From a virus (lineage: Duplodnaviria; Caudoviricetes), in the IMG/VR virus record IMGVR_UViG_3300034283_000549, positions 1 through 34,438 of that record: a stretch of DNA of 34,438 nt; one strand, 5' to 3'. Under the pieces are notes generated by a model. It saw only the letters and a list, made by a program, of their open reading frames with translations, made no database searches and had not been told where the DNA came from. Every line of letters begins with the position of its first letter. Within the stretch, counting starts at the first letter, position 1. The translations under genes were made by a program, and so were the position numbers. Shown piece after piece: positions 7,265 to 16,148 of this stretch.

Positions 7265-7321
7265 ATCCTCAATTATAGCAAACTTCTTGACATCCCGTGG
7301 GGAAAACGGTATACTTGATAT

Positions 7322-7768
7322 ATGAAACCAACAGCACATATATATGATGTAGATGGCACCCTTGCTAATGTTGATCCTTATCTACACTTTGTTCTTGGTC
7401 AGGAAAGAGATTACGATTCCTTTCATGAGGCTTCTATTGATGCCCTGCCAAATATTGAAGTATTAGAGATGTTAAATAATTCTGTTAGTGATGGGCACTC
7501 CATCCTAATTGTTACATCCCGCAAAGAAAAGTACCGTGGCCTTACATCTATGTGGCTTGCAAAGAATAATATTAGATCACACGGATTATTTATGAGGGCA
7601 GATGAAGATAACCGACCAGACTATGAAGCAAAGAAAGACATGCTTGATAAGATTGCTAAACTCTGGGATGTAACACATGCTGTAGATGATAACCCAAATG
7701 TGATAAGATTATGGGAAGACAATAATATTCCTACAACAAAGATAGGAACTTGGGACGGAATAAAATGA
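7322..7768 (+). CDS. HAD-family phosphatase (PNKP/PseT C-terminal-like)
   Basis: DVDGT motif I, VTSR motif II, K and VDD motifs; promoter TTGACA-N17-TATACT at 7287-7315. Confidence 0.85.
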   Translation: MKPTAHIYDVDGTLANVDPYLHFVLGQERDYDSFHEASIDALPNIEVLEMLNNSVSDGHSILIVTSRKEKYRGLTSMWLAKNNIRSHGLFMRADEDNRPDYEAKKDMLDKIAKLWDVTHAVDDNPNVIRLWEDNNIPTTKIGTWDGIK

Positions 7769-7825
7769 TTTTAGGCTTAGTAGACCGAACTTTGCATACA
7801 AGATAGTTCATGATACAATAAAAGT

Positions 7826-8527
7826 ATGTTTAAAAAAATTCCCACACTTAGATATGAATCTTCAATAAAAGAGTATCAAGACTCAATCGTGCCATCAAAA
7901 AAAGTTATACCAGATTGGTATAAAAAAATTCCACGATGGAAAAATGGTGTTTTTTTTGACATACAAAACGGAGTTAATCCAACAATTAAACAATGTATTC
8001 CTTTTATGGATTCTTTAACGGTTGGATACATGATTACATTGCCATATGACGTTTATATTAAAAATAATAACGGTGCTCCACAATTAATTTGGGCTCCTGG
8101 TGTTGAATACCCTCCAAAATTAAGAACAAATGTAGCAGATCTAAATATAGTTCCAGCAGGACATTATCCAGAAGAATTTTCATGGGATTATAATGTTGCA
8201 TATAGCCTACCAAAAGGATATAGTGCTATATTTACACACCCTCTTAATAGGTATGACTTGCCATTTACAACCATAACTGGAATTATTGATGGTGGATTAG
8301 TTATGGCTGCTCATGGAAATCCTCCATTTTATATTAAAGAAGGCTTTGAAGGTATGATTCCTCAAGGAACGCCTATTGCACAACTAATTCCATTTCGTCA
8401 AGAAAATTGGAAATCTAAAAAAACAAATGGATTAGTAGATATTGGAAATTCTCATTCAAAAAAAGCGTCAATTGTTTTTAGTGGCTGGTATAAAAAAACA
8501 TTTTGGGTACGTAAAGAATATGAATAA
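7826..8527 (+). CDS. hypothetical protein (DUF6065-like, from memory)
   Basis: PDWYK...TIKQCIPFMDS...GY...GTPIAQLIPFRQE motifs. Confidence 0.6.
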   Translation: MFKKIPTLRYESSIKEYQDSIVPSKKVIPDWYKKIPRWKNGVFFDIQNGVNPTIKQCIPFMDSLTVGYMITLPYDVYIKNNNGAPQLIWAPGVEYPPKLRTNVADLNIVPAGHYPEEFSWDYNVAYSLPKGYSAIFTHPLNRYDLPFTTITGIIDGGLVMAAHGNPPFYIKEGFEGMIPQGTPIAQLIPFRQENWKSKKTNGLVDIGNSHSKKASIVFSGWYKKTFWVRKEYE

Positions 8528-8588
8528 AAAATAAAATGTACAATTTTACAAACTTGACACATTTTCACATAAAGTGTATAATATATAT

Positions 8589-8756
8589 ATGAGCCTAGAC
8601 GATATAATATTACGAGAAGAAATTGCAAGATCTATTGAGGCAATACCTCTTGGTGAAGATAATGCCCAATTAAATGGATTTGGTATGCGTATGCTTGCTG
8701 CAAAGGTTGCAAGAGGAGATAACAGCATATTTGAAAATCAGGTTGATTTTGAATAA
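8589..8756 (+). CDS. small hypothetical protein
   Basis: Start at MSLDD; TTGACA-N17-TATAAT (8554-8582) 6 nt upstream. Confidence 0.65.
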   Translation: MSLDDIILREEIARSIEAIPLGEDNAQLNGFGMRMLAAKVARGDNSIFENQVDFE

Positions 8757-8939
8757 AAACGAGTGTGCAAAGTGTGAGATGTCACACAAAGATCCTTTGT
8801 TTTGGGAAACACACCAAACAATGACAGATGGTAGAATTTGGTGTGCATATGCCAAAAGAACCTAAGATTACGAAGATGGACTGGCGTTCACTAGGCTACT
8901 GGCCTGTATGGAAAGATGGAAAAAAGGTTTGGGAAAAAG

Positions 8940-9161
8940 ATGATAAAGCATCAAAAGACTAACATACTTCCATTACGCTGGATAAGTAATATATGTGGTG
9001 AGTTTGCTGGTAATCATTTGTTTAAGGCCATGTGCATGGATGAAGATCAAAATTATGGATGGCGTTATACATACCACGCAAAAATGTGGAAGTATCTAAA
9101 CAAACCATATACTTTATGGGGAACATACTATATAGTGGATTTAAAAGAGGAGAACAAGTGA
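8940..9161 (+). CDS. hypothetical protein
   Basis: ORF track, likely start MIKHQ. Confidence 0.55.
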   Translation: MIKHQKTNILPLRWISNICGEFAGNHLFKAMCMDEDQNYGWRYTYHAKMWKYLNKPYTLWGTYYIVDLKEENK

Positions 9162-9325
9162 GACAATCAAAAAACTTTGAAGAACTAGAAGAACCTTTAA
9201 AACTTATAGTTAGAACTAGATCACCAGAAAAATACCTTCTTGTTGATAGAGAAACTGGTCAGGTATTTGTTGGAAATACTATGGGACATTGGGATAGACT
9301 TGATCCAGTCACTAGAGATTCCTGA
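9158..9325 (+). CDS. small hypothetical protein
   Basis: GTG start after GAGGAG RBS, GTGA overlap. Confidence 0.55.
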   Translation: MRQSKNFEELEEPLKLIVRTRSPEKYLLVDRETGQVFVGNTMGHWDRLDPVTRDS

Positions 9326-9509
9326 TCCATTCCAAACCTTTGTAGCCAAGAAGTATGCTAATGCCAAAGGTTATGTACATGACTTCTTTACTGGGGAATG
9401 GTCTTATAAATGTAGTGCTTGTAAGGATGATCTTTATGCTCCATCCCGCAAAATTATGACAAAGATTAGATTGTTTCATACAAGAAATGAGTGCTTAGGT
9501 GGATACTGA
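9240..9509 (+). CDS. C2H-C zinc-finger-like hypothetical protein (true start probably later)
   Basis: CSAC...HTRNEC. Confidence 0.55.
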   Translation: MLIEKLVRYLLEILWDIGIDLIQSLEIPDPFQTFVAKKYANAKGYVHDFFTGEWSYKCSACKDDLYAPSRKIMTKIRLFHTRNECLGGY

Positions 9510-9828
9510 ACAAGAGTTTGACTTAGAGTTTACTGTTGAAGAAATGATTAATCTTTATGGTATTAATAGCCTTGAAGATTTAGATAGGATTGACTAATGG
9601 ATACTGAAGAAGATTTTAATTTAGAAGACATTACGAACGCTATAGTTAATCAGGCTAAGGCTGAGGTTAAGTCTAAGTTTGGCAATAAAAAACGGCATAG
9701 ACAATGATAGATAATATATTATTACTTTTATGGGGAAGTTTGTTTGGATACCTACTTGCTACATTTCAAATAGCAAGAATATTGGTTAGAAAAGGTTATC
9801 GTAAGTTTGATGAAATACCAGATAAAGA

Positions 9829-10038
9829 TTAATCTAGTACAAGGGAATTGTCAATAGATACTTCAATAGTGCTTGGTTCTTGGCAAGATCTGCAATAAGA
9901 TCTAGGGTGGTCAGCATATCTTTCTGTCTGACCAGCAAGGATTATCTGTCCAGACTTATGCATACCAAGTAGCACATCATCTACCACTCTGGTGTAGACA
10001 ATGGGGGTTAGAATTCCTTTACAAAATGTGCACATCAT
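9829..10038 (-). CDS. small CxxC-CxxC protein
   Basis: CTFC...CRSC; TAGAAT just upstream. Confidence 0.6.
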   Translation of the reverse strand: MMCTFCKGILTPIVYTRVVDDVLLGMHKSGQIILAGQTERYADHPRSYCRSCQEPSTIEVSIDNSLVLD

Positions 10039-10098
10039 ATAATTCTACCATACTTGCAAAAGTTTGACAAACCTGCTAGAATAGATAGGTTAGGGGAA

Positions 10099-10203
10099 AT
10101 GATGTTTTGTAACTATTGTGGAAATAAACTAGAATATGGCGATTGTAACTATTGTAATGATAATAACAATGCCCTTAGAGAATTTGAGGAAGAAGATGAT
10201 TAA
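10099..10203 (+). CDS. tiny zinc-ribbon protein (34 aa)
   Basis: Hand-translated MMFCNYCGNKLEYGDCNYCN...; AGGGG RBS. Confidence 0.55.
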   Translation: MMFCNYCGNKLEYGDCNYCNDNNNALREFEEEDD

Positions 10204-10286
10204 TGCTTTATTTTTGATCCCTGCGCTGATTGCTGGGTATTTAGTATGTTATTTTGTTATGACCTACAAAGTAAAGCAGGACTAAT

Positions 10287-10520
10287 ATGCAGTACTGGTC
10301 GTGGATATTAGCAGCAATTGGTGTAACAGGAATATTTTTTGTAGGACGTAAAGTTATATGGGCTTGGCTGCTGTTGTTATTTAATGAGTGCTTATGGATT
10401 ATCTATGCTGTAACAACTGAGCAGTATGGCTTTATTTTTGCAGCGGTTGCCTATGGCATTGTCTACATTAGATCTTACGTACACTGGTCTAAAGAGCCAG
10501 TAAATAAGATCCATTTGTAA
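10287..10520 (+). CDS. short PnuC-like membrane protein (3 TM)
   Basis: Three hydrophobic segments, W...N.W pattern, C-terminal YxxW. Confidence 0.55.
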   Translation: MQYWSWILAAIGVTGIFFVGRKVIWAWLLLLFNECLWIIYAVTTEQYGFIFAAVAYGIVYIRSYVHWSKEPVNKIHL

Positions 10521-10537
10521 ACTGATACAATAAAGAT

Positions 10538-10978
10538 ATGACAAACTTTCAATCACAATCTAAAAGGTCTGGAGACGCTTTTGAAGAACTTGTATATGCA
10601 GATTTGGTTAGTAGGGGGTTTCTTAATATTGATAGAAATTATTGCTTTGAGGATGCTGGTTGTGAAGTAGATTTTCGTGCTCACTCTGACAATGGCTTTG
10701 AATATGTTGAGGCTAAGGGTGGCGTTGCTGGTGAAGGTAAGAGACCAGGGGCACAAAGAACTGATAATGTTAAAAAAGCAATTGCTAATGGAGCATTAAT
10801 AAAAACCTACAACACACTATACTATGTTGTATATTTTTCTGCTAAACCAGAGCCAGGAAGTTATTCAGATAATATGATTAAGATTGCATTAAAAAATAAA
10901 ATTATTGATGAGGTTAGATATCTTGAACCAAAAGATAATTTTAAACAATACTGGCTTGACTTTGATAAAGAATTCTAA
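10538..10978 (+). CDS. PD-(D/E)xK restriction-endonuclease-like protein
   Basis: G..FE...EVDF...VEAKG catalytic pattern. Confidence 0.7.
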   Translation: MTNFQSQSKRSGDAFEELVYADLVSRGFLNIDRNYCFEDAGCEVDFRAHSDNGFEYVEAKGGVAGEGKRPGAQRTDNVKKAIANGALIKTYNTLYYVVYFSAKPEPGSYSDNMIKIALKNKIIDEVRYLEPKDNFKQYWLDFDKEF

Positions 10979-10994
10979 TATACTTATAAAGTAA

Positions 10995-11069
10995 GCACCA
11001 GTAGCCAAGTTGGTTAAGGCACCGAACTCATAATTCGGCTATTCGTAGGTTCAAGTCCTACCTGGTGTA
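10995..11069 (+). tRNA. tRNA with CAT anticodon (elongator Met or Ile2)
   Basis: GCACCAG/CTGGTGT, CCGAA-CT-CAT-AA-TTCGG, GGTTCAAGTCC; lacks initiator GGG/CCC stem. Confidence 0.9.
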
Positions 11070-11073
11070 CTAG

Positions 11074-11147
11074 ACATCTGTAACTCAGTTGGTTAGAGTA
11101 CCTGCCTTATATGCAGAGAGCCGAAGGTTCAAGTCCTTCCAGATGTA
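11074..11147 (+). tRNA. tRNA-Ile(TAT)
   Basis: ACATCTG/CAGATGT, anticodon loop CT-TAT-AT, GGTTCAAGTCC. Confidence 0.85.
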
Positions 11148-11151
11148 CTGT

Positions 11152-11222
11152 GGACCTAAAGCATTAAAGTGATGCTCAGGACTTTTAATCCTGAGAAGAA
11201 GGAGCATTACCTTCTAGGTCTA
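11152..11222 (+). tRNA. tRNA-Lys(TTT), non-canonical D and T loops
   Basis: GGACCTA/TAGGTCT, CAGGA-CT-TTT-AA-TCCTG, T-stem GAAGG/CCTTC with loop AGCATTA. Confidence 0.7.
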
Positions 11223-11226
11223 CTAA

Positions 11227-11298
11227 ATCTCTGTAACTCAGCGGAAGAGTGACACCCTTCTAAGGTGTAGGTCGTAGGTTCAAATCCTACCAGAGATG
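11227..11298 (+). tRNA. tRNA-Arg(TCT)
   Basis: ATCTCTG/CAGAGAT, ACACC-CT-TCT-AA-GGTGT, GGTTCAAATCC. Confidence 0.92.
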
Positions 11299-11327
11299 CT
11301 ATAATAGATTAAAACAAAGGGGTAATC

Positions 11328-12284
11328 TTGGCTAACATAGTTTTTCTTGGTAATTTTGAAGTATCTTATAGTAGTGAAAATCATCATGCTAGTAGTCTAG
11401 AGTCTTTAGGCCATACCGTGACAAAATTGCAGGAGCGTAAGGCCAAAACACAAACCATTCTAGAAAAAGCCTCAGAATCTGATCTATTTATCTGGGTACA
11501 TACACATGGCTGGGAAACAGTTGGTAACATTACAATGGATGAAGTTCTCAAGCAATTAAATGCTGCTGGTGTGCCTACAATGACATATCATTTAGACTTA
11601 TGGTTTGGCCTTGACAGACAAAAAGATCTTAAGCATGACAGTTTTTACAGAACTATTGGTCACTTCTTTACTGTAGATAAACTTATGGCTGATTGGTTTA
11701 ATGAAAATACATCGGTTAAAGGACACTTTATGCCTGCAGGGGTATACGATAAAGAATGCTATATCCACCCAGATTATGACACACAAAACTTTGAGTACGA
11801 TGTTATTTTTGTTGGCAGCAAAAGATATCACCACGAATACAAGTATCGTCCAGAACTAATTGATTTCTTAAGAAAGACATATGGTAAAAGATTCCTTCAC
11901 GTTGGTGGGGATGGCGATACTGGAACTGTTCGTGGCGATGAATTAAACCGTATCTATGCTAAAAGCAAGATTGCGGTTGGAGATAGCCTTAACATAGGGT
12001 TTGAATATCCTTATTACACTAGTGATAGATTGTTTGAGTCTACTGGTCGTGGAGGCTTTACTATCTACCCAGAAATTAAGGGCTTAGATGAATACTTTAT
12101 GCCTGATGAAGTTGTATTTTATAAGCATGGAAACTTTAGTGATCTAACAAATAAGATAGATCAGTATCTTGAAAACTCTTTAGTAAGAGAAAGAATTAGG
12201 TTAAACGGACACAATCGTACAAAAAAAGAACATACATATGTTCATAGATGGACTGCAATTCTAGAAGAACTTGGAATTAAATGA
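11328..12284 (+). CDS. GT-B glycosyltransferase (CgeB/Glyco_trans_1_2-like)
   Basis: YDVIFVGS...R...SDRLFESTGRGGF...EHTYVHRW C-terminal signature. Confidence 0.8.
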   Translation: MANIVFLGNFEVSYSSENHHASSLESLGHTVTKLQERKAKTQTILEKASESDLFIWVHTHGWETVGNITMDEVLKQLNAAGVPTMTYHLDLWFGLDRQKDLKHDSFYRTIGHFFTVDKLMADWFNENTSVKGHFMPAGVYDKECYIHPDYDTQNFEYDVIFVGSKRYHHEYKYRPELIDFLRKTYGKRFLHVGGDGDTGTVRGDELNRIYAKSKIAVGDSLNIGFEYPYYTSDRLFESTGRGGFTIYPEIKGLDEYFMPDEVVFYKHGNFSDLTNKIDQYLENSLVRERIRLNGHNRTKKEHTYVHRWTAILEELGIK

Positions 12285-13165
12285 ACTGCTTAGTCACAGG
12301 TGGTGCTGGATTTATTGGTTCAAACCTTGTTGATAAACTAATAGAACTTGGTCACAAAGTTATCTGTATAGACAATGAGTCGGCAGAATGTCATGAACAG
12401 TTTTATTGGAATCCAAAAGCAAATAATTACAAATATGACATATGTGATTATGAAAAAATTGCACATTTATTTAATGGGATTGACTATGTATTTCACGTTG
12501 CATCAGATGCAAGAATACAGCCTGCAATATTAAATCCAAGAAAATCTATTGAATCAAACGCTGTAGGTACTGCAAATGTTATTGAACTTGCAAGAATTAA
12601 TAAAGTAAAAAGATTTATTTATTCAAGCACATCATCTGCATATGGAAAGAAAGCAATCCTTCCAAACATAGAGACACAAGCATCTGACCCACTAACTCCA
12701 TACTCTACAGCAAAGGTGTTTGGTGAAAACCTTGCAAGAGTTTACTATAATCTTTATGGACTTGAGACTATATCTCTTAGATATTTTAATGTTTATGGAG
12801 ATAGACAGCCACTGAAGGGTCAGTATGCACCAGTTATAGGTTTATTTTTAAAACAGCATAAAGAAGGTAAGCCACTTACAGTGGTTGGTGATGGATCTCA
12901 ACGCAGAGACTTCACACATATATCTGATGTGGTAGAAGCAAACATACTTGCATCTGAGGTAAGTCATGGCTTTGGTGAAGTATATAACATTGGGTATGGA
13001 AGTAACTATTCTATAATTGATATTGCTAATATGATTTCAAATGATGTTAAGTTTATCCCGTCAAGAATTGGGGAAGTGCAAGAAACTCTTGCATCTAATT
13101 CTAAGTTTAAAGATTTAACTGGATGGATACCTAAAGTATCACTAATGAAATGGTTGCAGAAATGA
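12281..13165 (+). CDS. NAD-dependent nucleotide-sugar epimerase/dehydratase (extended SDR)
   Basis: TGGAGFIG, YSTAK catalytic YxxxK, LRYFNVYG, RDFTHISD. Confidence 0.95.
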   Translation: MNCLVTGGAGFIGSNLVDKLIELGHKVICIDNESAECHEQFYWNPKANNYKYDICDYEKIAHLFNGIDYVFHVASDARIQPAILNPRKSIESNAVGTANVIELARINKVKRFIYSSTSSAYGKKAILPNIETQASDPLTPYSTAKVFGENLARVYYNLYGLETISLRYFNVYGDRQPLKGQYAPVIGLFLKQHKEGKPLTVVGDGSQRRDFTHISDVVEANILASEVSHGFGEVYNIGYGSNYSIIDIANMISNDVKFIPSRIGEVQETLASNSKFKDLTGWIPKVSLMKWLQK

Positions 13166-13827
13166 AATATGTAGTCTGTTTACCATTTCGTGTTCAAGAG
13201 TTTCGTGATGAGTTTATGCTTAATTGTAAATTAAGCAATATTTTAGAGATTGACAATACAGTTAATAATATTGGCATAATGGCTAGTCATAATCTTGGCA
13301 TTAAAAAACTTTATAAAGATAATGCTGATTGGCTGATTATAATGAGTGCAGCAATAAGGTTTGGTGATAAGGGTGGCTTAGATATCATTGAGCATTTAGA
13401 AAAAACTGATGCTCAAATTGTTGAAGGCTTCCAACTTTATGGTTGGCATTTAATGGCTTTTAAAAAAGATGTTATTGATACTGTTGGAGGATGGGATGAA
13501 AACTTTACACCATATGGATATGATGATTTAGATTATAGTATTAGAATTAAAAAAGCAATGCCTAATGTTAAATGGGAAAAGATTTTATTTGATGTTTCAG
13601 ATACTATTATGGGTCATAGCATTAAACTAGGTGGAGTAAGGTCAAATGACAACCTATTGCATCAATATTTCTACAATAAGTGGGGCCAATATCCTGGAGG
13701 TGGGCACAGTGTTGAGGAACTTTATCCAACTCCATTTAACTTACCAGATGTAGATTTTAAATACTGCCCAAAAGAAGATGATAAGAACCATGTTAGTTTT
13801 ATTAAAAAAGTTAGATACCAAAAATAG
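13162..13827 (+). CDS. GT-A (GT2-like) glycosyltransferase
   Basis: VGGWDENF..YGYDDLDYSIR motif; start moved to MKYVV (ATGA overlap). Confidence 0.75.
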   Translation: MKYVVCLPFRVQEFRDEFMLNCKLSNILEIDNTVNNIGIMASHNLGIKKLYKDNADWLIIMSAAIRFGDKGGLDIIEHLEKTDAQIVEGFQLYGWHLMAFKKDVIDTVGGWDENFTPYGYDDLDYSIRIKKAMPNVKWEKILFDVSDTIMGHSIKLGGVRSNDNLLHQYFYNKWGQYPGGGHSVEELYPTPFNLPDVDFKYCPKEDDKNHVSFIKKVRYQK

Positions 13828-13839
13828 GATGTTTATAAA

Positions 13840-14553
13840 ATGACAGAAATGATAAAGTCAGTAATCAATGGAGAGTTTGAAATCTTTCTTCCAGAACATC
13901 GTGCCAACAGACCTGAGTGGTACACAGAAAAAGGATGGGAAAGAAAAAGATTGCAATCAATGCATAGCAATCTTGGACCTGGCGATGTAATCTATTATGT
14001 TGGTGCAGAAGAAGGTGAATTTGCTGCTCTATGTCAAATGTGGGGTGCCGAAGTAGTTGTATTTGAGCCAAACCCAAAAGTTTGGTCACACTTTCCTTTA
14101 CTCTGGAGTGCAAATAATTTAGAATTGCCACTCGCATGTATTCCTGGGTTCGCATCTGATAAGATAAATAATCTTTCAAGAATATATCATAATGAATGGC
14201 CACCAGAAGTTAATGATGTGATTGAGGCAGCACATGGATTTAAAGAACTATACCTTGAAGGAGAAACCTATGGTCAAATTACTATAGATTCTTGTGTGTA
14301 TGATCACGGGATTAAGCCACCTACCGCCATTTCTTTAGACGTTGAGGGTAGCGAGTGGAGGGTCCTAGGAGGGGCTGAGAAGGTGCTTAGAGAGCACAAA
14401 CCAAAGATTTGGTTATCTGGACACCCAGAGTTTATGTTGCAGCAATGGGATGAATCTTTATATAATCTTAGACAATGGATTAAGGAATTAGGATATACTG
14501 AAATAATTTTAGACTATCAGCATGAGGTGCATTTATATTATGAATCAAATTAA
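13840..14553 (+). CDS. FkbM-family SAM methyltransferase
   Basis: VGAEEG, VFEPNP, ISLDVEGSE..VL.GA. Confidence 0.88.
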   Translation: MTEMIKSVINGEFEIFLPEHRANRPEWYTEKGWERKRLQSMHSNLGPGDVIYYVGAEEGEFAALCQMWGAEVVVFEPNPKVWSHFPLLWSANNLELPLACIPGFASDKINNLSRIYHNEWPPEVNDVIEAAHGFKELYLEGETYGQITIDSCVYDHGIKPPTAISLDVEGSEWRVLGGAEKVLREHKPKIWLSGHPEFMLQQWDESLYNLRQWIKELGYTEIILDYQHEVHLYYESN

Positions 14554-15394
14554 TGCCTACTTATATTCTCATGATGGAAAAGATTATGCAAGTGACAAAT
14601 GGGACTATGGATTAATAAAAGAAATATTTGATAAGTACGAAGTTAATCAAATAAAAGTTACAAGTATTCCAGAAGGTGAGAAAGCCTTTGTTGTAATACC
14701 TGGACCTCAAACTGCTGGGAATGAAGATACACTCTCTGATGAATTAAGCAAACTCTCTAGAGTTGTTTTATTTATTAATGGAGATGAGAATGCTAGGTTT
14801 AATGTAGATAAAATAATTCATCCAAATATTGAAATATGGATTCAATACCCACATAAAAAACATTCAGAATATAATAAGATGCCAATCGGTGTTCCACAGC
14901 ACTTAAAAGATAATCTTCCAGAATATAAAGAAAAAGATTATGATGTCTATTTTGGTGGTCAGATTACACATCAAAGAAGAGTTGAGTTATCTCATGTTAT
15001 GCCAAGATTAAAGAACTCTTTGTATGGACCAACAAAAGGTTTTTCTCAAGGAGACAAACCAAAAGATTACTATGCCAAACTTGCAAGTGCGAAGATTGCT
15101 CCCTGCCCATCTGGTGCTGCGGTAATAGATACTTTTAGGTTTTTTGAGTCAATAGAACTATTGACATTACCAGTAGCAGATACACTAGATCCAAAAGGAA
15201 TACAAACAGATTTTTATAAGGATGTGTTTGGAATTAATGTTCCATTTAAAAATGTATCAAATTGGAATGAACTTGATAAGTTAGTTCCAAGGCTATTAGA
15301 TCAATATCCAAACAATATGCATCAAGTCGTATGTTGGTGGATCAAAGAAAAAAGAAACATAGGAATTAAGATTATGAGGCAAATAAATGCATAA
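14540..15394 (+). CDS. exostosin/GT47-like glycosyltransferase
   Basis: YF.GQ...R, SAKIAPCPSG...TFRFFESI...PV; start moved to MNQIN. Confidence 0.65.
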   Translation: MNQINAYLYSHDGKDYASDKWDYGLIKEIFDKYEVNQIKVTSIPEGEKAFVVIPGPQTAGNEDTLSDELSKLSRVVLFINGDENARFNVDKIIHPNIEIWIQYPHKKHSEYNKMPIGVPQHLKDNLPEYKEKDYDVYFGGQITHQRRVELSHVMPRLKNSLYGPTKGFSQGDKPKDYYAKLASAKIAPCPSGAAVIDTFRFFESIELLTLPVADTLDPKGIQTDFYKDVFGINVPFKNVSNWNELDKLVPRLLDQYPNNMHQVVCWWIKEKRNIGIKIMRQINA

Positions 15395-16148
15395 AAGAGA
15401 TGTAACTATTGTACTTGCAACATCAATAATTCCAGCACACCCAAGCACTGATATGATTGATGAGACTATTAAATCTATTAGGCATCACTTTCCTAACAAT
15501 GAAATTATAATGCAAATTGATGGATTAAGATCAGAGCAGTTACATCGTAAAGAAGATTACGATGAGTACAAAAATAGAATTCTATGGAAATGTCTTCATG
15601 AATATAAAAATGTTTTGCCAATTATATTTGATAAACATAGCCATCAAAGCACAATGTTAAAGCAAACTATTAACCTTATAAATACATCTTGCCTTCTTTA
15701 TGTTGAGGGTGATGCTCCACTTACTCCTGACGTTGAAATAGATTGGGACAAGTGTTTAGATATGATTGAGTATGGCAAAGCAAATACAATAAGATTTCAT
15801 TTTGAATCGTCAATTCCTGAAGCACACAATCATTTAATGTTTGGTTTGGAAAATGGATTTATGAAAACATCTCAATGGAGTCAAAGACCACACCTTTCTA
15901 CGGTTGAGTATTACAGAAAAATTATTCTTCCACCATTAGACGAACTGTGTTTCATTGAAGATACAACACATGGAAGGGTTCAAGATGATATTTCTCCATA
16001 TAGTGTGTTTTCTGAAGATGGATGGAACAAACATAAGTTATGGATATATCATCCAGAAGGAAGCATAAAAAGATCATATCATTTAGATGGTCGTCAGGGC
16101 ACAAGAAAGTATACTAGCGATGATCTTATTTGGGGGTATTCTGAATGA
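15387..16148 (+). CDS. putative GT-A-fold glycosyltransferase
   Basis: N-terminal VTIVLAT, IDG, LLYVEGD (DxD-like); operon context. Confidence 0.6.
   Translation: MHKRDVTIVLATSIIPAHPSTDMIDETIKSIRHHFPNNEIIMQIDGLRSEQLHRKEDYDEYKNRILWKCLHEYKNVLPIIFDKHSHQSTMLKQTINLINTSCLLYVEGDAPLTPDVEIDWDKCLDMIEYGKANTIRFHFESSIPEAHNHLMFGLENGFMKTSQWSQRPHLSTVEYYRKIILPPLDELCFIEDTTHGRVQDDISPYSVFSEDGWNKHKLWIYHPEGSIKRSYHLDGRQGTRKYTSDDLIWGYSE

Noticed and set aside
7265-7339. N-terminal extension of the fibre ORF (MCCWFH...)
   Set aside because: Overlaps the divergent promoters and the HAD gene; MAIVEL at 7264 has its own -10
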